From: Afipia sp.
GTDB taxonomy: Bacteria > Pseudomonadota > Alphaproteobacteria > Rhizobiales > Xanthobacteraceae
Assembly (NCBI GenBank): GCA_051653085.1
Contig: JBOFVL010000046.1
Location: forward strand, 5,749 to 69,748
DNA: 64,000 nucleotides
Direction: 5' to 3'
The translations under genes and the position numbers were made by a program. How positions within the stretch are numbered: position 1 is the stretch's first letter; every line of letters starts with the position of its first letter. The notes below the pieces were generated by a model. It had not been told where the DNA came from, searched no databases, and saw only the letters and a list, made by a program, of their open reading frames with translations. Positions 19,501 through 28,402 of this stretch are shown here, in pieces.

Positions 19501-20408
19501 GCGGCCGCCGCATCTTCACCCGTCCGGCGCGACTCGCTGCCATCGGGCCTTATCTCTGGATGGCTCTGTTTTTCCTGGTGCCGTTCGGCTTCGTGCTGAA
19601 GATAGCGCTGTCGCAGACCGCCATCGCGCAGCCGCCTTACGTGCCCGTGTTAGACCTCGCCGCCGGATGGGATTCGGTCAAGGCAGCGCTGTCCGCTTTG
19701 TCGTTCGATAATTTCAAACTGCTGGCCTCTGACGATCTCTACATCTTCTCCTATGTTCGCAGTCTGGTTGTGGCGATCACCTCGACCGCCATTCTGCTGC
19801 TGATCGGCTATCCCGTGGCCTACGGGATGTCGCGGCTGCCGCAGCGCTGGCAACCGGTGGCGATGATGCTGGTCATCGTTCCGTTCTGGACGTCGTTCCT
19901 CATTCGCATCTATGCGTGGATCAATGTGCTGCAGCACGACGGCCTGCTCAACAAGATGCTGCTTGCGCTCGGCATCGTCGACAAGCCGTTGGTCTGGCTT
20001 GCGACCGATTCCGCGATGTATCTGGGAATCGTCTACTCATATTTTCCGTTCATGATCCTGCCGCTGTACGCGACGTTGTCGAAAATGGACGACGCTTTGC
20101 TGGAAGCCGCTGCCGATCTCGGCGCATCACGGCTGAAAGCCTTCTGGCTGGTGACTTTCCCGCTCTCGCTGCCGGGCATCGGCGCGGGTGTCTTGCTGTG
20201 CTTCATCCCCATTGTCGGCGAGTTCGTGATTCCCGACCTGCTGGCGGGCTCCGACCGCATGATGATCGGGCAGACGCTGTGGCTCGAATTCTTCACCAAC
20301 AAGGATTGGCCGGTGGCGTCGGCGATCGCTGTTGTGCTGCTCGTCGTGTTGTTGGTGCCGCTGCTGGTTTACGAGAAGCTGCAACGCCGCCATCTGGAGT
20401 CGCATTGA
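19497..20408 (+). CDS. Polyamine ABC transporter permease (PotB/PotH family)
   Basis: PFWTSFLIRIYAW, EAA motif 'LLEAAADLGA'. Confidence 0.92.
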   Translation: MSGRRIFTRPARLAAIGPYLWMALFFLVPFGFVLKIALSQTAIAQPPYVPVLDLAAGWDSVKAALSALSFDNFKLLASDDLYIFSYVRSLVVAITSTAILLLIGYPVAYGMSRLPQRWQPVAMMLVIVPFWTSFLIRIYAWINVLQHDGLLNKMLLALGIVDKPLVWLATDSAMYLGIVYSYFPFMILPLYATLSKMDDALLEAAADLGASRLKAFWLVTFPLSLPGIGAGVLLCFIPIVGEFVIPDLLAGSDRMMIGQTLWLEFFTNKDWPVASAIAVVLLVVLLVPLLVYEKLQRRHLESH

Positions 20409-21223
20409 TGGCTGCGCGGCAAACCCGTTTCTCCGCGTTCAATCTCGCCTCGGTCGCACTGGGGCTGGCGTTCCTGTATCTGCCCATCGCCATTCTCGTG
20501 ATCTATTCGTTCAACGCCTCGCGCTTGGTGACGGTGTGGGGCGGCTGGTCGCTGCGCTGGTACACCGAGTTCTTCAACGACGAGGCTATGCTGTCTGCGG
20601 CGTGGATGAGCCTGCGCGTGGCGTTCTGCTCGGCGACGGCGGCGACGGTGCTTGGCACGCTGGCGGCGGTGGCGCTGTCGCGTGGCGAGCGCTTCAGGGG
20701 ACGCACACTGTTCTCCGGCATGCTCTATGCGCCACTGGTGATGCCTGAAGTTATCACCGGGCTGTCGCTGCTCTTGCTGTTCGTCGCCATCGATGCGGGG
20801 CGCGGCTTCTGGACCGTCACCATCGCGCACACCACGCTGACCATGTGTTTCGTGACGGTGGTGGTGCAGTCACGGTTGAACGCGCTCGACCGCAGCCTTG
20901 AAGAGGCCGCGATGGATCTCGGCTGTCTGCCGGTGCAGGCGTTTATCGCGGTGACGCTGCCGCTGATCCTGCCGTCGATTGTCGCAGGCTGGATGCTGGC
21001 CTTCACGTTATCGCTGGACGATCTGGTGATCGCGAGCTTTACCACAGGGCCGGGCTCGGCCACGTTGCCGATCCGGATCTATTCGGAGGTGCGCCTCGGC
21101 GTAAAACCTGAGATCAATGCGATCTGTACGCTGGTGATTGCAACGGTGGCGCTGGTGATTGTCGCAGCGTCGTTGGCTTCGAAGCTGACAAGCGAGCAGG
21201 GCGAAAGCGCAGCACCACTCTAG
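20408..21223 (+). CDS. Polyamine ABC transporter permease (PotC/PotI family)
   Basis: YSFNASRLVTVWGGWSLRWY, EEAAMDLG, SEVRLGVKPEINA. Confidence 0.92.
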   Translation: MAARQTRFSAFNLASVALGLAFLYLPIAILVIYSFNASRLVTVWGGWSLRWYTEFFNDEAMLSAAWMSLRVAFCSATAATVLGTLAAVALSRGERFRGRTLFSGMLYAPLVMPEVITGLSLLLLFVAIDAGRGFWTVTIAHTTLTMCFVTVVVQSRLNALDRSLEEAAMDLGCLPVQAFIAVTLPLILPSIVAGWMLAFTLSLDDLVIASFTTGPGSATLPIRIYSEVRLGVKPEINAICTLVIATVALVIVAASLASKLTSEQGESAAPL

Positions 21224-23361
21224 TTTGCTTTTTCCGGACGGGATTCGGCTGCGGCCGGCGGTTCGGTATTCGCGGGCGTATCGGCCGACGGAGCGGACAC
21301 CTCGGATGGATTTTTGTCGGCCGGAGGTGATGCCGGTGTCTCCGCAGCCGGTGCGGGGGCGTCAGTTGGCGCCGGAGCAGCAGCGGGAATTGCCGGTGCA
21401 ATGGGCGCAGGCAAAACGGGCTGCGGAATCGCGGCTTGCGGTTGCGCTGCAGGTTCCGCTGCCGGCTTTCTACCGCCGCCGGTAAAACGCTCGATCACGG
21501 ATTTGACGGCGTCGCGTGTCTTGCGGTCCTTTAGGGAATCCAGCAGCGGCGCCGACGCCGGTGAGCGGCGGATCAGCGAATCCGAATCCGGGAAAATCAG
21601 CGGATCATCCCACGGACCCTGCACCACGAACGGCAGTTGAAACGCCGGCGGCGCGTCGCTGGCGGAAATCAGGCTGGCGACGCCTTTCAGATCGTATTCA
21701 CGGGACGGCACCGATGCCGTCCCGGTGAGCATGATGCGCGTGGTGTCTGCCTCAAGCTGGGCATCCTCGGCGGTGGCGACGCCGTCCTTGAAGCGGATGG
21801 CAATGTTCAGCGAATTGAACGGTGTCGAGCCGGTGCGGAAGTTGCCTGCACCCGACAGGGGGCGGCGCTCCAGCCGTTTCAGCAATTGTTCGATGTTGAG
21901 CCCGCCGATAGCGCCGTCGTGGCCTGTCAAAGTCGCGGTGCCGTCGAGCGATTGCGCCAGCGCGAACGGGCTGGCCCCCGTGGCTTCCAGCGCAAAGTTG
22001 AGATTGCCGCGGCCTGTGAGTCTGCTGACTCCGAACAGTTCGCTGGCGCAGCTCGCCAGATCCACATCGGTGAACTGGAACTGGGCTTTCACATCGGCAT
22101 CGTTGTCGGCCCGCGCGATGCCGAGCGATCCCTTAAGGATGCCGCCATAAATCTGCGCTTCGCCGATGCTCAGCGCCAGGGTGCCGTTGCGGAGATTGGC
22201 GCCAAGCGCCGTGCGTCCGAGTTTCGAGGTGCCGATGGTCACCTTCGCGGCCGACAGGCGCATGTCGAGATCGGTGGCGGAGAGCCCGCGCATGTCGAAC
22301 AACTGCCTGTTCCAGTCGCGCGCGCCGCTGGCGAGCAGGCGGATGGTGTCGACATAGGGCGTGAAGTCGAGCGCATCGGCGGCCAGCGTCGCCTGCACCG
22401 TCTGGCGGTCGTTGTTGCTGTAGGTGATGACGCCTTCGGCGGTGTTGCCGTCGAGTTCGAGGTTGACGTTGGTCAGCGCGATCGACTCGCCCACCACATT
22501 GGTGCGGGCCTTGAGCGAAAACCGTCCCAGACCGCCGCTGCCGGGTGGGGCCTGTCCGGCCCAGCGCATGGCGTTGCGCAGCGACGGGCTGTCGGCGGTG
22601 AGCGTGCCTTCCATCAGCAGGCTGGTGCGGTTGGCGACCGCGCCGTCGAACGCGAATTTCAGCGGCGCGCTTGCAACGCGGACCTTGATGCCGGAACGGT
22701 CGCCGGACAATGCTGCGATGAAGTCCGTTATGCTGAGGCTGCCGTCGATGCGCTCATTGCGCCAGTCGAACTCGCCGGTGGCGGCGAAGGAGCGCGAGAT
22801 CGAGGGCCATGCCAGCGACAGATCGATGCCGTTGATTGTTTCGTCGATATTGCGCGCATCGTTCTGATAGACGAGCACGCCGTCCTTGATGAGAATTTCG
22901 GAGAACGATACCGGGCTGTCGATGCCGGGCTTGATGGTACGCGCCAGCGTCTCGATGATCGGAGTCCAGTTGTTGTAGCCGTCGGCGGTACGCTTCACGT
23001 TGATCCGCGGGCGCTCCAGAGTCACGTCGGCGATCTCGTAGCGCCGCATCAGAAGGGGCAGCAGGCGAAGGTTGGCAGTCAGTTCAGCGACGGTGAGCGG
23101 TTCATCGACGATGCCGCCGCCGCGCGAACCGGCGCCTTTCAGCCCCACCTGCCGCAACGTGATGGAACTGCCGGGAAACACCGAAACGCGGACATCGCCG
23201 TCGACCTTGAGATCGAGGCCGGTCGCCGCGCGAATCTGCCGCTCGACGGAGAGCCGCACGGCATTCGGATCGATCATCCACGAAATGGCGATCAAGCCGA
23301 TCAGCGCGGCAGCGAGCAATGCCGCAATCGGCATCCCCAGGCGCTTTATCCCTTGGGCCAT
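21220..23361 (-). CDS. AsmA-family protein
   Basis: N-terminal TM, 'AATGLDLKVDGDVRVSVFP', repeated beta-rich segments, Pro/Ala-rich tail. Start 23361 or 23376. Confidence 0.85.
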   Translation of the reverse strand: MAQGIKRLGMPIAALLAAALIGLIAISWMIDPNAVRLSVERQIRAATGLDLKVDGDVRVSVFPGSSITLRQVGLKGAGSRGGGIVDEPLTVAELTANLRLLPLLMRRYEIADVTLERPRINVKRTADGYNNWTPIIETLARTIKPGIDSPVSFSEILIKDGVLVYQNDARNIDETINGIDLSLAWPSISRSFAATGEFDWRNERIDGSLSITDFIAALSGDRSGIKVRVASAPLKFAFDGAVANRTSLLMEGTLTADSPSLRNAMRWAGQAPPGSGGLGRFSLKARTNVVGESIALTNVNLELDGNTAEGVITYSNNDRQTVQATLAADALDFTPYVDTIRLLASGARDWNRQLFDMRGLSATDLDMRLSAAKVTIGTSKLGRTALGANLRNGTLALSIGEAQIYGGILKGSLGIARADNDADVKAQFQFTDVDLASCASELFGVSRLTGRGNLNFALEATGASPFALAQSLDGTATLTGHDGAIGGLNIEQLLKRLERRPLSGAGNFRTGSTPFNSLNIAIRFKDGVATAEDAQLEADTTRIMLTGTASVPSREYDLKGVASLISASDAPPAFQLPFVVQGPWDDPLIFPDSDSLIRRSPASAPLLDSLKDRKTRDAVKSVIERFTGGGRKPAAEPAAQPQAAIPQPVLPAPIAPAIPAAAPAPTDAPAPAAETPASPPADKNPSEVSAPSADTPANTEPPAAAESRPEKAN

Positions 23362-23656
23362 CGTCAATGAGTTCATCCGGTAAGGTTGCGGTGTGGGCAT
23401 CGGCGGGTGTCCCGCCGCAGCGCAGGCTGCAACTTGATTGTTTTTCTTGACGCTTTCAAGGCCATCCGCGGCCCAAAGCCCGCCATCCGCGCCACAAACC
23501 GAAGACTTCCCAACGAAATGGCGGGTTGAACGTGACCGCGGCAAAACCGCCGAGGCCGGGCCCGGCAGCGCGATTGACGCGCCTTGAAGGTTTCGCCTAA
23601 TAATCGCCCAGTAAAGCGGCTGGCCCGTCTATTTCCCTCCATCAGGTTGCACCCCC

Positions 23657-24358
23657 ATGAACAAGGTTTACCCCGACGCGAAATCCGCGCTCGATGGCGT
23701 TGTCAAAGACGGCATGATGATCATGTCCGGAGGTTTCGGCCTCTGCGGTATCGCTGAGACCCTGTCCGACGCCTTGCGCGAGACCGGCGTCAAGAACCTG
23801 ACCGTTGTTTCGAACAATGCCGGTGTCGATGGCATCGGCCTCAGCCGCCTGCTGGAAACCCGGCAGATCAAGAAGATGATTTCTTCCTATGTCGGCGAGA
23901 ACAAGCTGTTCGCGCAGCAGTATCTCGCAGGCGAACTCGAACTCGAATTCAATCCGCAGGGCACGCTGGCCGAGCGCATTCGCGCCGGCGGCGCCGGTAT
24001 CCCGGCATTCTTCACCAAAACCGGTGTGGGCACGCTGATCGCCGAAGGCAAGGAAGTCCGCGAATTCAACGGCGAGAAATACATCATGGAGACCGGCCTC
24101 GTCGCCGATCTTGCCATCGTGCATGCCTGGAAGGGCGATACCGCAGGCAATCTCGTGTACCGGAAGACCGCGCGTAACTTCAATCCGATGATGGCGACGG
24201 CGGCAAAGGTCACCATCGCGGAGGTTGAGCATCTGGTGCCTGCCGGCGAGATCGATCCCGATCACATCCACACCCCCGGCATTTTTGTGAAGCGCATCAT
24301 CGCGGTCGATCCGAAGCTGAAGCGGATCGAGCAGCGCACCCTGCGCAAGCGCGCGTAA
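23657..24358 (+). CDS. scoA: Succinyl-CoA:3-oxoacid CoA-transferase subunit A
   Basis: [31 protein letters not shown]. Confidence 0.92.
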   Translation: MNKVYPDAKSALDGVVKDGMMIMSGGFGLCGIAETLSDALRETGVKNLTVVSNNAGVDGIGLSRLLETRQIKKMISSYVGENKLFAQQYLAGELELEFNPQGTLAERIRAGGAGIPAFFTKTGVGTLIAEGKEVREFNGEKYIMETGLVADLAIVHAWKGDTAGNLVYRKTARNFNPMMATAAKVTIAEVEHLVPAGEIDPDHIHTPGIFVKRIIAVDPKLKRIEQRTLRKRA

Positions 24359-24381
24359 CCTATTCTCTAAAGGAGAGTCCC

Positions 24382-25032
24382 ATGGCCTGGACCCGCGAAC
24401 AGATGGCAGCCCGCGCCGCGAAGGAATTGCGCGACGGCTTCTACGTCAATCTCGGCATCGGCATTCCGACGCTGGTTTCGAATTACATTCCCGATGGCCT
24501 CGACGTTCAGCTCCAGAGCGAGAACGGCATGATGGGTATGGGGCCGTTTCCCTACGAGGGCGAAGAGGATCCGGATCTCATCAACGCCGGCAAGCAGACG
24601 GTCACTGAATTGCCGACTACCAGCTATTTTTCGAGCTCGGACTCGTTCGCGATGGTGCGCGGCGGCCATATCGATCTGTCGATCCTCGGTGCGATGCAGG
24701 TGTCCGAAAATGGCGATCTCGCCAACTGGATGATCCCCGGCAAGATGGTGAAGGGTATGGGCGGCGCGATGGATCTCGTCGCCGGCGTCAAGCGCGTCAT
24801 CGTCGTGATGGAGCATTCCGCCAAGGACGGCCCGAAGCTGCTGCACAGCTGCAACCTGCCGCTGACCGGCGAGCGCGTCGTCGACATGGTTGTCACCGAT
24901 CTGGCGGTGTTCACCATCGACAAACATGGCAAGGACGGTATGGCGCTGATCGAGCTCGCCGACGGCGTCACGCTCGATGAGGTGAAGGCAAACACCGAAG
25001 CCGACTTCCGCGTGGCGCTGAAGAACGCTTAA
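24382..25032 (+). CDS. scoB: Succinyl-CoA:3-oxoacid CoA-transferase subunit B
   Basis: [14 protein letters not shown] (catalytic Glu), GMGGAMDL. Confidence 0.93.
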   Translation: MAWTREQMAARAAKELRDGFYVNLGIGIPTLVSNYIPDGLDVQLQSENGMMGMGPFPYEGEEDPDLINAGKQTVTELPTTSYFSSSDSFAMVRGGHIDLSILGAMQVSENGDLANWMIPGKMVKGMGGAMDLVAGVKRVIVVMEHSAKDGPKLLHSCNLPLTGERVVDMVVTDLAVFTIDKHGKDGMALIELADGVTLDEVKANTEADFRVALKNA

Positions 25033-25047
25033 GGCGCGTTCTTCAGT

Positions 25048-25479
25048 TCAGTTCACCGACGCCCACAGAAAGATCGCCGTCGCGGCGATGCCGAGCGCGG
25101 TGCGTCCCGCGTGCAATCTGGCCCATGTCTCGATGAGGGCGCGGGACTCCGGTCCCGCGTTTGTGGTGTCAGTTGCCATCAGCCTGTGATTGGTCGGCAT
25201 GATGCCGAGCACCGTGTAGGGCCAGTTCGCCACCAGGACCGTCGCGCCGATCAGCCACAGCCATTGGCCGGTCTGCCACCACGCCAGAAGTCCCAGCAGG
25301 AAACCGACGATCGCAAGCGGCGCCTGCATCGCGAAGCCGCGCTTGTAGGACGGCTTCCATTCGGTGAGGAGGGCGCGGTCGTCGAGATTTAAACGCGCCG
25401 GCTGCTCGGCGAAGCCGACATAAAACGCTGCTCCCGCGAAAAAAGCGGCGGCGATCAGTGCAAGCTGTCCTGCAAGCAT
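25048..25479 (-). CDS. DUF1772 / anthrone-oxygenase-like membrane protein
   Basis: EQPARL, WxxSYKRG, PTNxxL, W-xx-LH-xx-RT; AGGAGG RBS before ATG 25479. Confidence 0.8.
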   Translation of the reverse strand: MLAGQLALIAAAFFAGAAFYVGFAEQPARLNLDDRALLTEWKPSYKRGFAMQAPLAIVGFLLGLLAWWQTGQWLWLIGATVLVANWPYTVLGIMPTNHRLMATDTTNAGPESRALIETWARLHAGRTALGIAATAIFLWASVN

Positions 25480-25547
25480 GGTGACCTCCTGCACAGGTGG
25501 CCCATGTTACTTTCCGCCGCGATGACCGGCAACGCGGTAACGGACCC

Positions 25548-27191
25548 TTACGCCGGCCCCTGCGGAATATCAGAGAACCGCGTCAGCCATGCCACCGGCC
25601 CGATGCTCGCCGCCACGATCAGGAGTGCGGCGAGCGCGCCGTCCTCGAAGCTGCCGCGGCTGGCATATTGATAGATCGAGGTCGCGAGCGTCTCGACGTT
25701 CAGCGGCCGCAGCAGCAGCGTCGCGGGCAATTCCTTCAGGCAGTCCACGAACACGACGATCGCGGCGCCGAGCAGCGCGGGACGCAGCAGCGGCAGGTGA
25801 ATGCGCCGCATCGCGGTCATCTCGCTGGCGCCTACGCTGCGCGCACTGTCGTCGTAATCAAGCGGAATCCGCTCGAAGCCGGCCCTGATGAAGCCTGTCG
25901 GCACCGCGAGAAAGCGGATCACGTAAGCCGTCACAACGGCCGCACCCGAGCCCATCAGCACGAGGCCGGGCAGCGATAGCCCGAGCCACGCGGCGAGCGT
26001 GTTCAGCCCATTGTCGATCGTCAGCACCGGCGTGAGCAGGCCGAGCGCAAGCACCAGCCCCGGCAGGGCGTAACCCATCTGCGCGATGCTGGCCGAGAAC
26101 GACCGCCACGTCTCCGGACGCCAGCGGGTCGCGAGGATCGTTGCAAATCCCAGAGCGAGCGCAACCAGCGTGGCAAGAGCGGCGAAAGTCACCGAGTTGA
26201 ACGCATCGCGCCAGATCGCGGCATCCATCGTCAGCAATGACCGGTGCACGCTCTGATGCAGGAGAAACAACAGCGGCACGATGAAGCCGAGCAGCACCGG
26301 CAGGGCGCACGCGGCGAATGTTAGCCAACCCTTGAGGCCGCCGAGCGGGGTGCGTGCGGTCAGCCGGGGGCTTTCCGCGGAAAATTCCGTAACGGCGTTG
26401 CGGCGGCCGTAGCGCTCCAGCGTGATCAGCCCGGCGACGATGACCAGCGCCAGACACGACAATTGCGCGGCACCGGCCAGGCTGCCGCGATTGAGCCAGG
26501 TCGTGAAGATCGACACGGTGAGCGTGCGCACGCCGAGATACTCGCTGGCGCCGATGTCGTTCAGCGTTTCCAGCGCGACAAGGGCGAGGCCGACGGCGAG
26601 CGCCGGACGTGCCATCGGCAGCGAGATGCGGCGGAACACATTCCAGCGGTTCGCGCCCAAGGTCCTTGCGGCTTCGGCGAATTCGGCGCTCTGCAGCTGG
26701 AATGTCGCGCGTGCCGACAGATAGACATAAGGATAGAGCACGATGCCCATGATGAGGATTGCGCCGGGCAGGGAGCGCGGACTGGGTAGCAGCGCCAGCG
26801 CGTCGCGCGATGGAAGCCACAGCGTCAGCGTGCGGTGGACGAGGCCGAGCGGTTCGAACAGATCGACATAAACGTAAGCTGCGATGTAGGTCGGAATCGC
26901 GAGCGGCAGCGGCAGCAGCCACAGCAGCAGTCCGCGGCCGGGAAAGTCATGCAGCGAAATCAGCCACGCGCTGCCGGCACCCGCGCCGAGTGCGACCAGC
27001 CCGACGCCGAACAGCAGCAACGCCGTGTCCCATAAGGCGAGCGGCAGCACGTAGTCGATCAGGTGTTGCCAGACATCGGGCGCAGGTCGGGCCGCGAGCA
27101 CGATGATGGCAATCACAGGCGTCGCGACGAGCCCCGCGGTGAAAACCGCGAGCGCCGAGACGGCAGGTTCTGCGATGCGTGAGGTGCTCAC
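25548..27191 (-). CDS. Fe(III) ABC transporter permease (FbpB/AfuB family)
   Basis: Duplicated permease halves, PLAIPTY, EAARTLG, KELPATLLLRP. Confidence 0.92.
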   Translation of the reverse strand: MSTSRIAEPAVSALAVFTAGLVATPVIAIIVLAARPAPDVWQHLIDYVLPLALWDTALLLFGVGLVALGAGAGSAWLISLHDFPGRGLLLWLLPLPLAIPTYIAAYVYVDLFEPLGLVHRTLTLWLPSRDALALLPSPRSLPGAILIMGIVLYPYVYLSARATFQLQSAEFAEAARTLGANRWNVFRRISLPMARPALAVGLALVALETLNDIGASEYLGVRTLTVSIFTTWLNRGSLAGAAQLSCLALVIVAGLITLERYGRRNAVTEFSAESPRLTARTPLGGLKGWLTFAACALPVLLGFIVPLLFLLHQSVHRSLLTMDAAIWRDAFNSVTFAALATLVALALGFATILATRWRPETWRSFSASIAQMGYALPGLVLALGLLTPVLTIDNGLNTLAAWLGLSLPGLVLMGSGAAVVTAYVIRFLAVPTGFIRAGFERIPLDYDDSARSVGASEMTAMRRIHLPLLRPALLGAAIVVFVDCLKELPATLLLRPLNVETLATSIYQYASRGSFEDGALAALLIVAASIGPVAWLTRFSDIPQGPA

Positions 27192-27231
27192 GCCGGCGTC
27201 ACGTCGGGAGCAATCGCAAGCGGTTTAAGCC

Positions 27232-28257
27232 TCAATTATCAAACCCGACCTTGTCCACCAGCGTCGAGGCGGCCTTACGGCTGGCGGCGATCTTCGCGAT
27301 CGGCAGCGTGTCGGCGTTCAGCTTGCCGTAGCTGGCGATGGTCGGATTGACGGCGACACCGGCGCGCACGGGATACTCATAATTGGAATCGGCATAGAGA
27401 TGCTGGGCGTGTTCGCCGAGCAGCCATTCGATCAGCTTGACGGCATTGGCGCGGTTGGGCGCGTTCTTCGCCAGCAACACGCCCGAGAGATTCACATGCG
27501 TGCCGCCACCGGCAAAGGTCGGCAGGATCACCTTGGTGGCTTCCGCCCAAGGCTTCTTGTCGGGATCGTTGTTCATCATCAGCGCCCAGTAATAGGTATT
27601 GCCGATGCCGATGTCGCATTTGCCCGCCGCGACGTCGCGCGCGGTTTCGCGGTCGCCGCCGGATGGCTTCTGCGCGAGGTTGGCCTTCACGCCGCGCAGC
27701 CATTCTTCGGCTTTCGCCTCGCCATGATGGGCGACATAGGCCGCGAACAGCGCGTTGTTGTAGATGTGCTGGCCGGAGCGGATGCAGATCTTGCCCTTCC
27801 ACTTCGGATCGGCGAGCTCTTCATAGGTGATGGCGTCCTGCTTCACGCGCTCCTTCGAGGCATAGATCACGCGCGCGCGCATCGAGATGCCGGCCCAGTG
27901 GCCGTCGGGATCGCGATACTGCGCCGGCACGATCTTCTCGACCACCTCGGACTTGATCGGCTGGGTCACGCCGGCCTGCACGGCCTCGTCGATGCGGCCG
28001 ATGTCGACCGTCAGCAGCACGTCAGCAGGGCTGTTGGCGCCCTCGGACTTGATGCGTTGCTCGAGGCCCGAGCTCGCCGAGACCACATTGACCTTGATCC
28101 CGGTGTCCTTGGTGAAGGCGTCGATCAGCGGTTGCACCAGCTTGCTTTCGCGATAGCTGTAGACGTTGACCTCGCCGGATTGGGCGAATGCGGCCGCATT
28201 CAGGGTCATCGCGGATGCGACGACAGTTGCGGCGGCGAGAATGCGAGATCGTGACAT
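27232..28257 (-). CDS. Fe(III) ABC transporter substrate-binding protein (FbpA/FutA family)
   Basis: Signal peptide, VNVYSYRE, RSGQHIYN, GNTYY. Confidence 0.92.
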   Translation of the reverse strand: MSRSRILAAATVVASAMTLNAAAFAQSGEVNVYSYRESKLVQPLIDAFTKDTGIKVNVVSASSGLEQRIKSEGANSPADVLLTVDIGRIDEAVQAGVTQPIKSEVVEKIVPAQYRDPDGHWAGISMRARVIYASKERVKQDAITYEELADPKWKGKICIRSGQHIYNNALFAAYVAHHGEAKAEEWLRGVKANLAQKPSGGDRETARDVAAGKCDIGIGNTYYWALMMNNDPDKKPWAEATKVILPTFAGGGTHVNLSGVLLAKNAPNRANAVKLIEWLLGEHAQHLYADSNYEYPVRAGVAVNPTIASYGKLNADTLPIAKIAASRKAASTLVDKVGFDN

Positions 28258-28378
28258 GATGAGACTCCGGCGGCTTTGATGAGCAGCGCAGCGCTGAACG
28301 TTGCAGCGCGCGACGATGCCGGTTCTGTAGCGCAGAGGGCGCGCACATTCACGCGGCGCGATGTCGCGAGATCGCTGA

Positions 28379-28395
28379 TTTAGAGGGATTCCAGA
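28379..28395. promoter_or_regulatory. Candidate iron control element (Irr box) upstream of the Fe ABC genes
   Basis: TTTAGAGGGATTCCAGA, 14/17 match to the ICE consensus TTTRGAAYNRTTCYAAA as recalled. Confidence 0.45.
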
Positions 28396-28402
28396 GTGGC
28401 GA

